The position numbers and the translations under genes were made by a program. This document shows positions 11,504 to 24,111 of a DNA stretch of 33,590 bases, piece by piece (within the stretch, counting starts at the first letter, position 1; each line of letters starts with the position of its first letter). Below the pieces are notes generated by a model, which saw nothing but the letters and a program-made list of their open reading frames with translations, had not been told where the DNA came from and searched no databases. The DNA is from Toensbergia leucococca (lineage: Eukaryota): the NCBI GenBank assembly GCA_022813965.1, contig JALDZS010000233.1, forward strand, positions 1 through 33,590, read 5' to 3'.

Positions 11504-13718
11504 CTGGTGGCCGTTGGTTTCAGGGTCGTCTACCGGATACAAGTTGGTAGAGCAGCTTGGGGGTTTTTTGAAAGGTCCCTTGGTAGTGAGCCTTGCTAAG
11601 CGATTTAGGGCTCTCTAGCATGGATCTAGCACCACGGGAAATATATAAGACAGGAAGTCCAGGCCGAGAAAAAGGTAAGGCCCAAGAATCATTAAACGCG
11701 CTGGACAGAGGAAGGACTTCGAAGTATCAGCATGTAACCTCAGTCGTCGCGGTGGGATCGTAAGAGATGCCACAAAGACTTGGATCCAGTGTAGAAGAAA
11801 TGGCCGGCTTAAGGTGTGTAGGAATCCTCGGCGAGTACATGAGAGCTTGATCAACTTCTCATCCATGATCGATGGTCCTACCAATAATGAACCCGAGTCA
11901 ACACTGCCCCATCAGGTACGCAGGATATAGTCGATATCCACCACGATTTGTTTCATAGACTTGGAGCGAGAAGATTGGGTTTGCGCAGCAATGGCAAAAA
12001 ATTTCCCTCAGTTTCTCGTGCAGCTATGAGTACAAATGAGAGAGTGTAGCTTAGACGTTTCGTGTCGGTCCATTTTGTCGCCGTATAACATATCCATAAG
12101 GCGGACAAGGTTCATGTGAAGTATCATCGCGCATGCTTTGGAGGCCGGAACATTTTGATGGTGGCTAGTGGATTGCGAAAGGCCAAAGGGTCTTCTGCCA
12201 CAGCGCTTGATGTGAGAAAGCCGCAAGGCTCCGCTTGAGTGGTTTCATGCTTCAAAGCAAAAAGCATTGGTGCTTGGTGGCCTAGATAGTTGGTGTACAA
12301 AGCTTCGCTAGGTCTCAACGTTTTATTGGCCAATGGCCAATTTTGATAGGAAAGGCATTGATGAGACTGGTGTAGCGAAATTTGTTGCTTACACTGTGGT
12401 ACGGGTAGCTATCTTTCAGCCGCCAGGTAACACATCTGTCTTGATTCTGGTGGCAATCTTGAACGCATATCGAATATGGACGTTCGCATGTTGGGCCATG
12501 CGACAGTTCGACTTCATATCTGGCTCCCAGCACTCACTCAATACAATACCCCAACCCAGATGCAATGCTCACGGGGTTAGCCACCACAGTCCCTCCCTGC
12601 CTTAGACTCAACTTGGGGGGGGCCACAAAGAAAAATGGCACTTCTTTCTTGAGGTCGCGTGGGTGGGAAGTACCTTGACAAGACATTGCGGAGAGTCGAC
12701 CATGGGCTCGGGTTTGTTGTTCAGACCTTGTGGCGGAAACTTGCCTTGGCCGTGCGAGGTCGTGGCGACGCTTCTTTTGAAACTATCCTCTTACTGCCGC
12801 AAGTACACCTGTTAAGTGCGCCTATAATCAATTCGGCGAGATCCACCACTCTGCATTCCAAGACTCACTCTTTACAAGTTTAGGCTATCGTGACCGTGAC
12901 ATTGATATGCATTTTCAAGAGTAGCATTTTGTGTAATAGTAAACGCAAGTTTGCCTTCCCAAACTTCTGCAGCTATGTCTTTCACTCATGCCTAAAAAAA
13001 AAAGGTGTCTACACTCATTGAAAGCCTTTGCAAAAGCCCATGAATGCCATGAGGAGATGTTGAAATTGCGTATTGAGGAGGAACACAATGTTGGGACTAT
13101 TGTTGCCGTAATTACTGACGACTGACTGACTATCGAGCTGATAGATCCGAGACCTGGCATGCGTGCCTGTGGTTCTTATCAGCGCCCTATCTCCCTGAAG
13201 GAAATCGAGCTTGCCGTTTCCCAGCTTAAGCGTCCCTGAATATCTCCACCGCTTGACCAAGCTTAGAGGCATTGGTAAGCTGGAGTAAAATCTTATTTAC
13301 AAGGGCCAGTCGTACAATTGATTGATCCGGACCTCCATCCGCCGCCTCCAACCCTACGAGGATCAAGTGTCTAACCGCATCATGCACGACATGAGGATTC
13401 AACTACCTAGGTACTGCCGAGACGACATCTCATTCGACCAAGCAGTGTTGTACTGCAACCATGTTATGGCTAAGCTGTCCTTGCGCCGTTTGAAACCTGA
13501 CTGTTCATCCGAAATATCGCAATGTCTTCCAGAGAGTTATCGGGAATAATCGTCTCGATCCTGAAGCTAGCACGACTTTTGATCTGAAGAAATGTGGCAT
13601 AAGCCTGTGACTGATCAGTGCTTACAGTCAACTTCCAACTTTTCCAATAGGTCTGTGGATATTCGTAATTTCTGGCTTACCAAAAGCTAGGCAATCAGAC
13701 CCCCCCCCGAAAAGTATT

Positions 13719-15240
13719 TTACTGAGGGCCAAATCTTCTGATCCTACCACCAACGTTCCCGCGCTCCCCAAGCATGGCCTCTTGCACCACCTCCCTCACG
13801 CCCCCAACCTTTCCTGCGACGCCGAGGATTCCATTCTCGAAATCTTTCAATGCAACTGCCAACGACTTGACCTGATCTACAGCGCTCCTCGTACCACCTT
13901 CGCCGTCTTGGACAAACATCATTTGCTGCAGTTGCTGCATTGTGCCTGACTCCAGACCCTTGAGGTACAACTCGACGTCGGTGATATTGCGTTTGTAGCT
14001 TTCAAGTGTTTTTGACATGTCGTCTGCTTGGTTGGAGAAATAAGATACCAGGGTATTACTAGCCCCATCCTCTATGCCCTCGTCCGACAATGATGGGCCT
14101 GGGCCTTGAGAGCTGGGTGCCACACTCCATAAACCAGAATAATGAAACTGTTGTGGCATCTTCAGGGCTTGAACAGCCTTAAAATTTAGCTTCGCATCTG
14201 CGGCATCCGCTTTCACCGTTGTCTTTGCATATTCGATAGCTTCCGCATCGTTCTCAAGAGCTTGCTGCATAGTGTCGAGTTTACTAGCACAGAACTCGAC
14301 ATCATTTGGGATAGAATTCGAGGTCTTGGCGACTTTGTCCATTGCCACTTCAGATTGTCCTTGGAAATTAATTTGGGCGAGGATGAAGTTGTCCACATTC
14401 TCAATCGCCTTCTGAAGCTCCTCATGTAGATCATTAAAGCGCGTTGTCGGACGAAGCTCATTGACACTAATACGCACCCCGGGAACAGTCTGCTGTTGTT
14501 GGGTATACTGGCCGATACTGCTAGAAAAAAGAGACTGCTGTTGGGATTGGTTCATGCTTGAAGTCTGAGATAGAAGAGAAGGCCGTTGCTGGTTCTGCGT
14601 AGCGCTATTTCTCGCACGTCTGGTCAATTACTAGATCGATGCGGACTTCTCTCTCCATGTGAATCAGAAAGAGGTACATACAAAAGAGACGGTGTCTTGC
14701 TCTGACCATTCAATCCTCCGAATAGACCAGTCCCTTGCGAAAGCTGACTTTGGTTCTGACTTTGAGCCTGCCCCAGCGATCCAAATAGTCCACCACTTTT
14801 AGGGGGTTGAGTTTGCTGTGTGTTTGATCCAAACAGCCCGGTACTCTGTTGCTGATTTGATGGTGGTGCGGACATTTGCTGTGTAGACTGCCCAGAAAAT
14901 AGTCCTCCACCCTGCTGCTGCTGGTTGTTCGTGGGCAATGATCCAAGTAGTCCTCCACCCTCATTCGAGGTCGATGTGCCGAAAAGGCCACCGCTTTGCT
15001 GATTTTGAGGGTTCGCGTTTGTAGAGGAGCCAAAAAGGCCACCACCAGCTTTTGCTTGCTGCGTGGACCCGAAAAGTCCACCTGGCTGCGAGGTACCAAG
15101 GGGCCTGATGACACGCTTTTAGTCAGCTCCCAAGACAAAATCTGCTTTGGCATGCAACGTGATTACGTGTAGGAATTTGCCGAACTGGTGTTGATGCTCA
15201 ACCCGCCCGGTCCACTTTGTGATCGTTGTTGCCCGAACAT
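13719..15240 (-). CDS. NUP49: FG-repeat nucleoporin Nup49/Nup58 (central channel)
   Basis: Exons 15240-15167, 15104-14682, then from 14604 (or 14619) to 13719. N-terminal GGLFG repeats are followed by [25 protein letters not shown] and coiled coils. Confidence 0.88.
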
Positions 15241-15550
15241 CTTTTCAAGACCGGAATAGTGTATGGGTGATTGACACAAGAAGCGGTGGAAAAACGTGTT
15301 GAATTTCTAAACAAAACTTGGATTCATTCACTGTATCAACGTTTGCGGACATATCACCTCCTGGAAATAGAAGTTCTGGGTTAGCTCCGGCATCGCAGTG
15401 TTATTCTAGCGGGAGTAAGACATTTACAACAAAACACTCTCTATTTTTTGAAAAAAGCCATACCTGCGGAAGAGGAGTCGGTAAGATCATTATTCCCCAG
15501 CTGCCGGTGTCAATTATCTAGATGGACGCAGCTTAAAGATGCTAGTCACT

Positions 15551-16682
15551 ATGGAGGAGGATGAAGAAGACATATACGCTCCAGATGAAAGCCCATTCCA
15601 GGTGCAAGCGGATGGTGTGGACTCATCTACGGCTTTTGCGAAGGAACAAAAAAAAGGAGGCGATTTAGAAGAAGGCGAAGAAGAAGGGGAAGAGCAAGAA
15701 GAGGAAGACAGTGACTCGGTAAGGCATGTTCATACTCTTAGCACCTAAAACCGTTCTGATCATATGTGGCAGGACATAGACATTATCACCGAACGGACAG
15801 ATGGCAACAAGCTTGAGCCTTCGTATGCAAGCTAGGCGTCTATATCAAAATAGAAAACTTCGCTCATATATGCGAATAGACAGTCACAGCGATTGAGCAC
15901 CACCAAAAGTATACCTGTGATCAGCACCCCGTTGGATCTGGCTGTCAGATCCCAGCCTTCGCCCAAACCCACAGTCGATGTTCCGACGAAAGTAACCCCC
16001 GCCAGATCGGGTGCTTCTTATCCAGGAATTAAGACTTCAAAGATCGACGTGGATGCTAAGCCGAGGTATGAACCAAATGGAAAGCCAATTACCGAAATTG
16101 ACATGGACGCTGGTGCGTCTGAAAACGATTTTTCTTTGGAGGAGTTTTACTTACGAGTGAGCACACCTAGATTTCCCAGAGGATGACAAGCCTTGGCGTC
16201 GGCCAGGTACTGACATGACCGATTACTTCAACTACGGATTTGACGAATTTACGTGGGCTAGCTATTGCTTGAAGCAAAGCTCTTTACGGAAAGAGGTAGC
16301 GGATTCTAAGAAGCAAATGGACGATATGCAAAATTTCTTGAGCATGCCAGGAGCAATACCAACGATGCCTGGTTTGCCCGGAGGTGCTCAGCCTGGTTTA
16401 CCACCGATGGGAGGTCCTGGAGATATCCCTCCTGAAGTGCAGCAGATGATGGCCCAGATGATGGCTCAAGGTATTGACCCAATGCAGATGGATCCCACAA
16501 TGTTTATGCAGCAGATGGGGCAAGGGGGCGGGGTGAACGGTAATCAAGGACAGAATTTTGCTGGAGCACAGGGGTTCAGTCAGCCAGGTCAAAATCAGCA
16601 GCAGATGGGCTTCGGGTTCGGTGCTGCCGGAGCAGGTGGTCGAAATCAAGGCGGACGAGGTCAAAACAGAAGGAATTGGTAA
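15551..16682 (+). CDS. FIP1: Pre-mRNA polyadenylation factor Fip1
   Basis: Exons 15551(or 15539)-15718, 15773-15822, 15880-16112, 16171-16682. Acidic N-terminus, DSDSDIDIITE, the Fip1 motif [24 protein letters not shown], and an M/Q/G-rich tail. Confidence 0.95.
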
Positions 16683-19665
16683 ATCTCGAAGCAGATTTCA
16701 GCCGCCAGAAGAATTCTACATTCAGCTATATGTAAATTCCGACATGATAAAGTGAAGCCTCTTTTGAAAGGAGACTTTCACTCCTGTACGGTAGAATCGA
16801 TACAGGCATTTAGTTAGAATTAGAGACCCCCCCGAACTTTCTATTCAATCAATGCTTCCATTTATCGGCAACCTATCCTGATCATCAGCTCTGAAACAAG
16901 TACTGTGATGTCCAGAAAAGGGAAGAGGAGCTGATATACAGAACCAAGATCCGCACGACCACAGGATATGACCTTCACTCACATTGTAGTGAATGAAAAG
17001 GGGTGGCGTTAATCCTCGCCGTACTGTATTGTAATCTATTCTGCATTAAATCTGTAATTTACGTCTAGTGAAGTCTCTCACCGCGACGCTCTTAGCGCTA
17101 GGATCGTGCTATCGTTGTTACGATCAAGTTTCAGCACTAGCTCTGTAATATAATACGGTGGGCGAAATTCACTCAGTGGGACGCGCAGTTTCTAGTCACA
17201 TGCCCCTGGGAGGAGATTGTGGATTCTGGCGTTCATCCCACTAGGTACCAAAGGAATAGACAGTTGAAGCAAAACCATCCCCGAGCACTTGATTGTAGAA
17301 GAAAGAAGATTACCTTCCGCAATGAAAATTAGGGTTTCTGCGTCCAAGGTTGCTAAGATTGGCGCGCGGCGACTAGCTTGCATCCAAAGGGGAAGTTGTG
17401 CCTATGGGTTGCCTTGGCTACGAGCAGGATGGAATCCAAATCTAGGTATTCGTGAATGTCAGGACAGCTCCATAGCATTGTTCTCTTGTAAGTCGTTCTG
17501 CTCTCTCCTGACGATGATTTTTTCCTCTGTGGTCAAGGAGCCAGCTTGGTCTGAACCGATGTCTGAGTTGAACCCCTCAATGAAAGACAATTACTCCTCC
17601 TCAAATGTAGTTGATTTCCTAGATCACTCATGCTCAATTCAGTGCTCTCAGTATTTATGCTGCCTTTGTTGTTGAAGGAATGTGGCTGACTCTGTGAATG
17701 CCAACATGGGAGCTATTCGCCACTTTATTCAATGAGGCCTGTGAAGCCAGACGACTCGATTTTGTAACTGCCAGTTTTTGGCCAAACACCCATTGGCTTC
17801 TTCATATCATCACGCAACTTTAAGAACACTCTTGTATCTCTACGCGTATGAAGTTCAGTGAAAAAGAATATAAGTTGCTATGGCAATCTGCCTCAAGCCA
17901 GTACGCAATTGGCACACCAGGGTACATATGGGACAAGGGACAGGACAACTCAAGTCAATCGCTATAGATGAAGAAGAAAGGTGTTGCAACCGTCACAAAA
18001 CGAGAAAAGATACCGTATGTTAGCAGGCATTGCAAGCATACAGAAAAAGGTTAAGATCAACAGATATAACCCCCTGCCGGTCAACGGTAATTGTTCTACC
18101 CCCAAACGAAATGTAACACAACAAACGACAAGCACTACATGCCCACCATCTTTTCGTGTATTTCAAAATCTTCTGCTCCTTAAGAACAACAATTGTGATT
18201 GTGAACAACAAGTGGCAGACTTTCCTTTTGCTTCCTCACAAATGAATCTCAATTCTTTGAAGTTTCTCACACGTCTGAAAGAGTCTCCAAGAGGCTCGAC
18301 AGTAAGTCCGAGTGCTTCTGAAGCTCGGTTTCATGTATGTTGTTGTCTCTTCACTTGAGTGCCTAAAAGGTACTCCTTGATGGCCCTCCGATCTGTTGGA
18401 GGTCGATGCTCTCCTGAGCCCTTGGGACAGCTGATAGCTTTGCATGAGGTGAGATATTGGTAATCTCGTGGTATAGTTCTTGCGCCATTGGCTTTGATCG
18501 AGTATCGATGGGTTTCTCTGCCCACACCTCCATAGTATGGGTGAGAATCATCTTCAATGATCAGTATTGGTGCTCTCCGAGGCTCACGAGATCTAACATT
18601 CATCACTACCACAATGCTATTCACCATGTTCTGTCTTCTTATTCACCGGGACCGTCAGCATATAAGCCTGTCTCTCTGTGAATGTTTCCTTTCTCCTCTT
18701 TATCCTCTATTCATACTATTCAACTGCATTGACAAGCTTGTTGGCTACATCCATCAGCATTGCTCTATTCTTTGGTCCGCCATTGCTCGAAACATCAGAT
18801 ACATACGTTAGCATTCTTATTGCCGTTGCCTTTAGCATCCAGAGCGCACCTATCGAAGGGAAAAGGTGAGCCTCGACCCCGCCCGAGTCGGTGAATGAGA
18901 AGACTGACAAGACGTCTCGAAACAGAACTCCGTCCTTGAGGATCGTGACAAGCATAATAGGACCACGACTTTTGGAGACCACGGAGATCGAGTGCTTCAG
19001 GGTGCTTTGATTTAGGTGATCCAAAGCTCTGTGCTCTTATGTCCACGCGTGAAGCTGATGCCAACTGTCTGAAGCCTAATGAAAACATAATTAGCTCACG
19101 AATCATTATTGAGGTGAGCCTGGTGCATCAAAGACCTTCGCAGCTGTTTTTCAGCGTATGGTTTGCATGTTGCCAAAAGCTCAGAAATACCCTCATATCG
19201 ATACCACCCCGTAAGCTATTCCTTTGATTCAACACAGGTCCTAGTAGCATCAGTCTGACAAACGAGGGATTGCTTTGTTGACGATCAAAATCGTGCAGCG
19301 TTGATTGGTCAATCGAGAGCACTTCGAATGTTGAACTCGGTCTCGCTTGGCAAGGGTACAGCTGATGGACTGGCAGATCAGGGCAGCTCTAACGGCCTCC
19401 CCCCACTCCGACTTTTTGATCTGTTTCAACACTGGAACTTTAGCATCATTCTCCGAATTTCTCTACATCTTCCTTCTTTTTCTGAAGCTGCCTACCTACT
19501 GACCAATACTTTATACCCGAGCCCTGCTCCGCTTAGAAGTCTCATCTCTAGACGTACACAGGAGGAGCACCTGGTCAGAGTGCATGATACTTCTCTGAAG
19601 ACATCAGCCATAAAGGGTCTACTCCAAGTACATCTACAACTCGCACAGTACTAGTGTTGGTGTGG

Positions 19666-19691
19666 CCGATACGTGCGTCCGATACGTGCGT
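19666..19691. repeat. Perfect 13-bp tandem duplication (ccgatacgtgcgt x2)
   Basis: Read directly from the sequence. Confidence 0.85.
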
Positions 19692-19890
19692 CAATATAGT
19701 CACAACAACACAACCTGCTCTGGATAGTAGTGGAGCACCTTACGATCATCAGGTATGAAGTATTGTTATCTATAGTACAACTACTTGAGTTGTGCAACCG
19801 GGCTGTTGCAGTCATTAATCTTGGTACGTGTTGAGCTTTAGGTGACGTTGAGTCTGGCTCTGTTGACCTAACACACCTTGGATCCCGTCA

Positions 19891-22383
19891 ATGGTTTTTC
19901 AATCTGCTGAGGTACGAAGGCTTCTAAATCCTGACTATAGGCTCCGTACACTTGAGGATGTGACTGATTTCCTTGCAAAGAATCTTACCGCCGCATCTTC
20001 TGCAGAGTGTAAGCCCACCGTTTCCACCAAGAATACCATTCGATTGACAAAGTTAGTCACAACTCTCAACAAGACCACAGATAGCTCAGATTTTTTAGAG
20101 TCACAGAACGATACGTTCGAGGATCTGTTCGAGACATTACTTCAAGTACCCACATCGAGAATGGACGACAATTTTTTTGACGAGAAAACGTACAATCCCG
20201 AGGTAGGATACCACGATAGTATAGTGGATCTGATCCCAGAAGATCTACACCCTGAATTAGACATCATCTGGCCTGTAAGCTCTGATCAACGCTCACAGAC
20301 GAACGCTCCATCCGATCCTCCTATTCCATCCACCGCTCAGAATACTCAAAAGATGCATGTGCCTTCAAGTTCACATAGCAATCCAGAGACCCCGGCCACA
20401 AGCACCTTCAACTTCGTGGATCCGCTTGCTGAAAACTTGTCCCCACTAATGAACCGTGTTCTAAGTGAGCATAGTTACATGCAACCCAAGCCATCTTTAC
20501 AGTCAAATGCATCTGCACATCCTGCGATACCCCAATTTCGAACTTCAAGTCGCCCTCGAATCCAGGAGCTTAGGAATTCCGAGTCAGCCTTTGGCTCTCC
20601 ACAGCTGACCGCGAGAGATAACAGTACTTTCAATGGCCAAGACAGCTTCATATACTCTTCTGCCCAACCTCGTCACTACTCTAATGCTATGCCTCAACGA
20701 CAAGCTTCAGAGAATCAAGTTCGATCACATTCACGCCAAGATACTCGACGCTTACAGCCAAATTCTGCCTCACACCAAATCTTACAGGCGGCTCGTGAGC
20801 CCTATCACTCGAGTCCGGCTTTGTTAGATCAAAACACGAACGCTCAAGAGCATGGTGGATACTCTGACCAGCATAACATAAATGAGCGCCAGCTCCAGCA
20901 AGGATTCCGGGGTATGGCGCCTTACACCAACAAACGGTCTGTTCAATCAAGCCAATACGGGGGCCAGACCATATACGAAACCCAAGAATACTACCCACTT
21001 CAAACCGACTTTACCCTAGGCCTACCAGACAGCTCGATGATCACACAGCCTGTAACGTCTAGCATGGGACAGTATCAGCGACCACATGCCCATCCACATG
21101 TCCATCAAGGAATGTTAGACATACCAGGATTCGAGAACATGAAAGAGGAGAACGAAATGTCCGATTCTAGTCCGGAGCCACCCAAAAATCGGCCAAAGCG
21201 AGTACAAGCAATTGCCAGATTAGGCAATGACCCAAGCTTGCCAAGGTCAGAAGCACAGCAGCAGGCTTGCGTTGCGCGCCTCGTGAACGCGATGAACAAC
21301 ATGAACCACGCTGAGGATAATGAAGGTATGAAAACCACCTGGCGCGGTATGATGCGCAATCAGAAAATCATTGAGAAGGCTTGCTGGCAAGTGCTGGTAA
21401 GTTCCATTCAGGTTATTGATGCCATGTGGCATCTGTGGGCAATTCTTGACATAGGTTCAGGACACCTCTGTGCGAGCACACCAACAGGATGGTCCCTTGG
21501 TGGAAGGTAGCAAGCCAGCTCATCAGTTCGACTCGTTTGAAGCCCGTATCAAAGCACTCTGTACTTCATTCAAGGTTTGTCTTTCTCTTCCAACTTGTTG
21601 TTATGGGTGTAATGGGCTCTGAACATGCGTTTCTGTGGTTTAGAGACAAAAAACGATGTGCAAGCATCTAATGACACCGCCCTACATTGAAACACTTGTC
21701 GATGATCCTATTACCGCTAGCAATGTGAGTCTACCAAATCTGAGCCTCAATCATCTGCTAGACACAGGCAAGCTAAAACTTCTCCATAGCGGATCAAAAA
21801 CAATCGGAAGGTCAACCATGGGAAGAAGAAAGCTATTGATCAGGGACGTATAGCCTTGGGGCAGAAAGCCCAAGGGAAGGGCAGACGGCCAGTCACTGTC
21901 GGAGCAACTCCAGGACCCGAGAGCGCAGGGGATGAAGAGCTGGATGCTGATTTCGATGACTATGAAGTCGATCCCAGCAATCAATTCATGCAAAGAATGA
22001 GTGATTCGCCCACCCCAGGAGTCGTTGCCATTCCTAGTAGGAAGGCCAAAGGTTCAAGAAAATCCAAGGCACTTTCCGAAGACTCGGACGATTCCTCTTA
22101 CGCACCCGCTCGAACAGCAAAGAAAATTAGAAAACAGAGCAAGTACCAGCTCGACGAGAACAACATTATGCGCGATGTCACCGAGCAAGAACTTCCTGCT
22201 GAACACGAACAGCATGAGGTGCAGCGACTCATGGATTCCCACGGACGTGACGAGAATATGATGCTCTCTAATACCATGCTTGGAGGGCCTTCGGTCGGAT
22301 CGGATGCAGAATTCGAATCTTCTCTATACGGCGCCAAAATGCCACAGGCTTACAGAAAAGACAGCAAGCGCCGCCGTAGATGA
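19891..22383 (+). CDS. Uncharacterised protein: long S/Q/P-rich disordered N-terminus, ~120-aa helical domain, basic/acidic tail
   Basis: Long first ORF (ATG 19891 or 20161) to 21396, then exons 21461-21574, 21644-21724, 21790-22383. These are joined by canonical GT-AG introns (gtaagt, gtttgt, gtgagt) that keep one frame to the stop. Confidence 0.8.
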
Positions 22384-23848
22384 ATACTTCACCACCACGA
22401 GTACGTCAGCCGCACCAAGAAGAGCAATCATTTCCCTGCCCAAACTCGAGCTCCAACATCTTGTCCTCTCCTAGAACGATCTTGACTACAAGCATCCTAC
22501 ATAGCACTGGTACATTAGCATTCTAGAGCTGTACTTTAGCTTTGTGCATAGTTGGTGGGAAGAAAGGTTACGTCGTTCTGGAAATGCGGACCAATCAATT
22601 ACAGCAGATGGACATAGATCAGCGGCTGTGCCTGGTTTGTTTTTTATCTTTTCGAGCGAGCGAGCGAGCGTGCTGTTGCTGTTCTGTTCTTTTTTGAGAT
22701 ACCCTCTCTTGCATGCATGCATACTGGCTGTGCTTCTTTTCTCTGAGATGGCATAGGGGAGATCTTGCTGTAAGCTAGGAGGTGATACGACTAGGTAGTT
22801 TATGCATGGATGCTTTGTCAATGAGTGGTGGGGGATGAGAGTACCTGGTTGTGTAGTTTGCTGTGTCATATTCGATGTAACAACACTGTTTTCTTCCGGC
22901 TGCTATCTACTTTTTGGCAGGTCTGAGGTATGGGACCTCGCCTCTCGTAAGACATTACCAAACCCTTTCCCTGTTCTCGCCGGCATATCAGTGAGTTTAT
23001 GACATTTCTATTACGAATACGTGGATGAATCACTATGCTATCTGTAGCTGCCGAGCCAAAGAGCCAAAGCCTACGAAATAGAGGAGAGGAAGACCCAAAT
23101 GATAACTACGAGCGGACGAAATGAAAGCTTTGTTGCCTTGCTGCCTAAGGATCTTTCCTCAAATATAATTGTATCATGCCAATTCCGTGTCAAAACGCCC
23201 ACCTCAAAGTCCCAATTCCCAAGTCTTAACCTCAGCATGCCATCCCTACATGACGCATCATCTCCAACCCCACATTAGGAAACAATGTGATCCTAAGACT
23301 TGCGCTTTGCAATACCTGAAGAAATATGCCAATAGTTCTTATTTTGCTTCAGGAAACAAAGAGAAAACGAGCATTGGAAGGTGATGAGGGCGGGATGAAA
23401 TGATGTGAGAAAGACGGAATATGTTTCGAGATCACCATTCGATGGCTGGGGAAGAGCTCATCTTGTCACGTCGTGTCGTAGGATTTACGCAATATCAGAA
23501 GCATGTCAGTGCAAATGGATTAGAAGAATTGGCGTAGGGGGCAGATTTGGAGAGGAGGGTCTTGAGCAACTGTGCTTGTGTGTGTATATGTGTACCTGGG
23601 GCTGCCTGCGATGGGTTTGTTGGATGGGTGTGACGAAGATATGATCGTCTAGGTTGAAAAGGTAGAGGAATGGGCTTTGAGAGCAATTAAGCACGCAGTG
23701 ATTGCTTAGAGCGGTCTGGGCTATGAAGTGTCCTAGAAGAACCAAACGTGGTCATGAGGATTTTGAGTATTTTGAGTGAGTAAATTGTATGAAGAGATAC
23801 TGAAGGATTGAATCTTGCACCCAAGCTTGTATTAGGGCTTTGAGTTGC

Positions 23849-24111
23849 CTCACGCCGACAACTAAAAACCGGACAATAGCCGAATTTTAGCCCCCACACA
23901 CAAAATCTTTCGAATTACCTTCCTTATTCAGCCATCCATCCCCCAATATCATTAAGCAGGTGCTCTCATTGCCTGATAGATTAGATGATATAATCAAGGG
24001 CAAAGGAGCGAAGATAGGATCGTATTTGTGTAATATAACAAGTTCTATTCGAATGGTCTTGGTGGGAGGGCTAAAATTCGGCTATGTCCGGTTTTTAGTT
24101 GTCGGCACGAG
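23849..24111. mobile_element. MITE-like non-autonomous DNA transposon (263 bp, ~45-bp TIRs, GTTGC flanking duplication)
   Basis: The left arm ctcacgccgacaactaaaaaccggacaatagccgaattttagccc (23849-23893) matches the reverse complement of 24068-24111 with 2 mismatches and 1 indel. GTTGC lies at 23844-23848 and 24112-24116. The interior is AT-rich and non-coding. Confidence 0.72.

Noticed and set aside
16904..16934. C/D-box snoRNA-like GTGATG...CTGA
   Set aside because: The C box is imperfect and the span is only ~30 nt.
17157..17180. Resemblance to the RNase P CR-I motif (GGTGGG..AAATTC)
   Set aside because: Imperfect match, and no complementary CR-V/P4 partner was found.
22653..22722. (gcga)n and (gcat)n microsatellites
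   Set aside because: Short, ordinary 3' UTR simple repeats.
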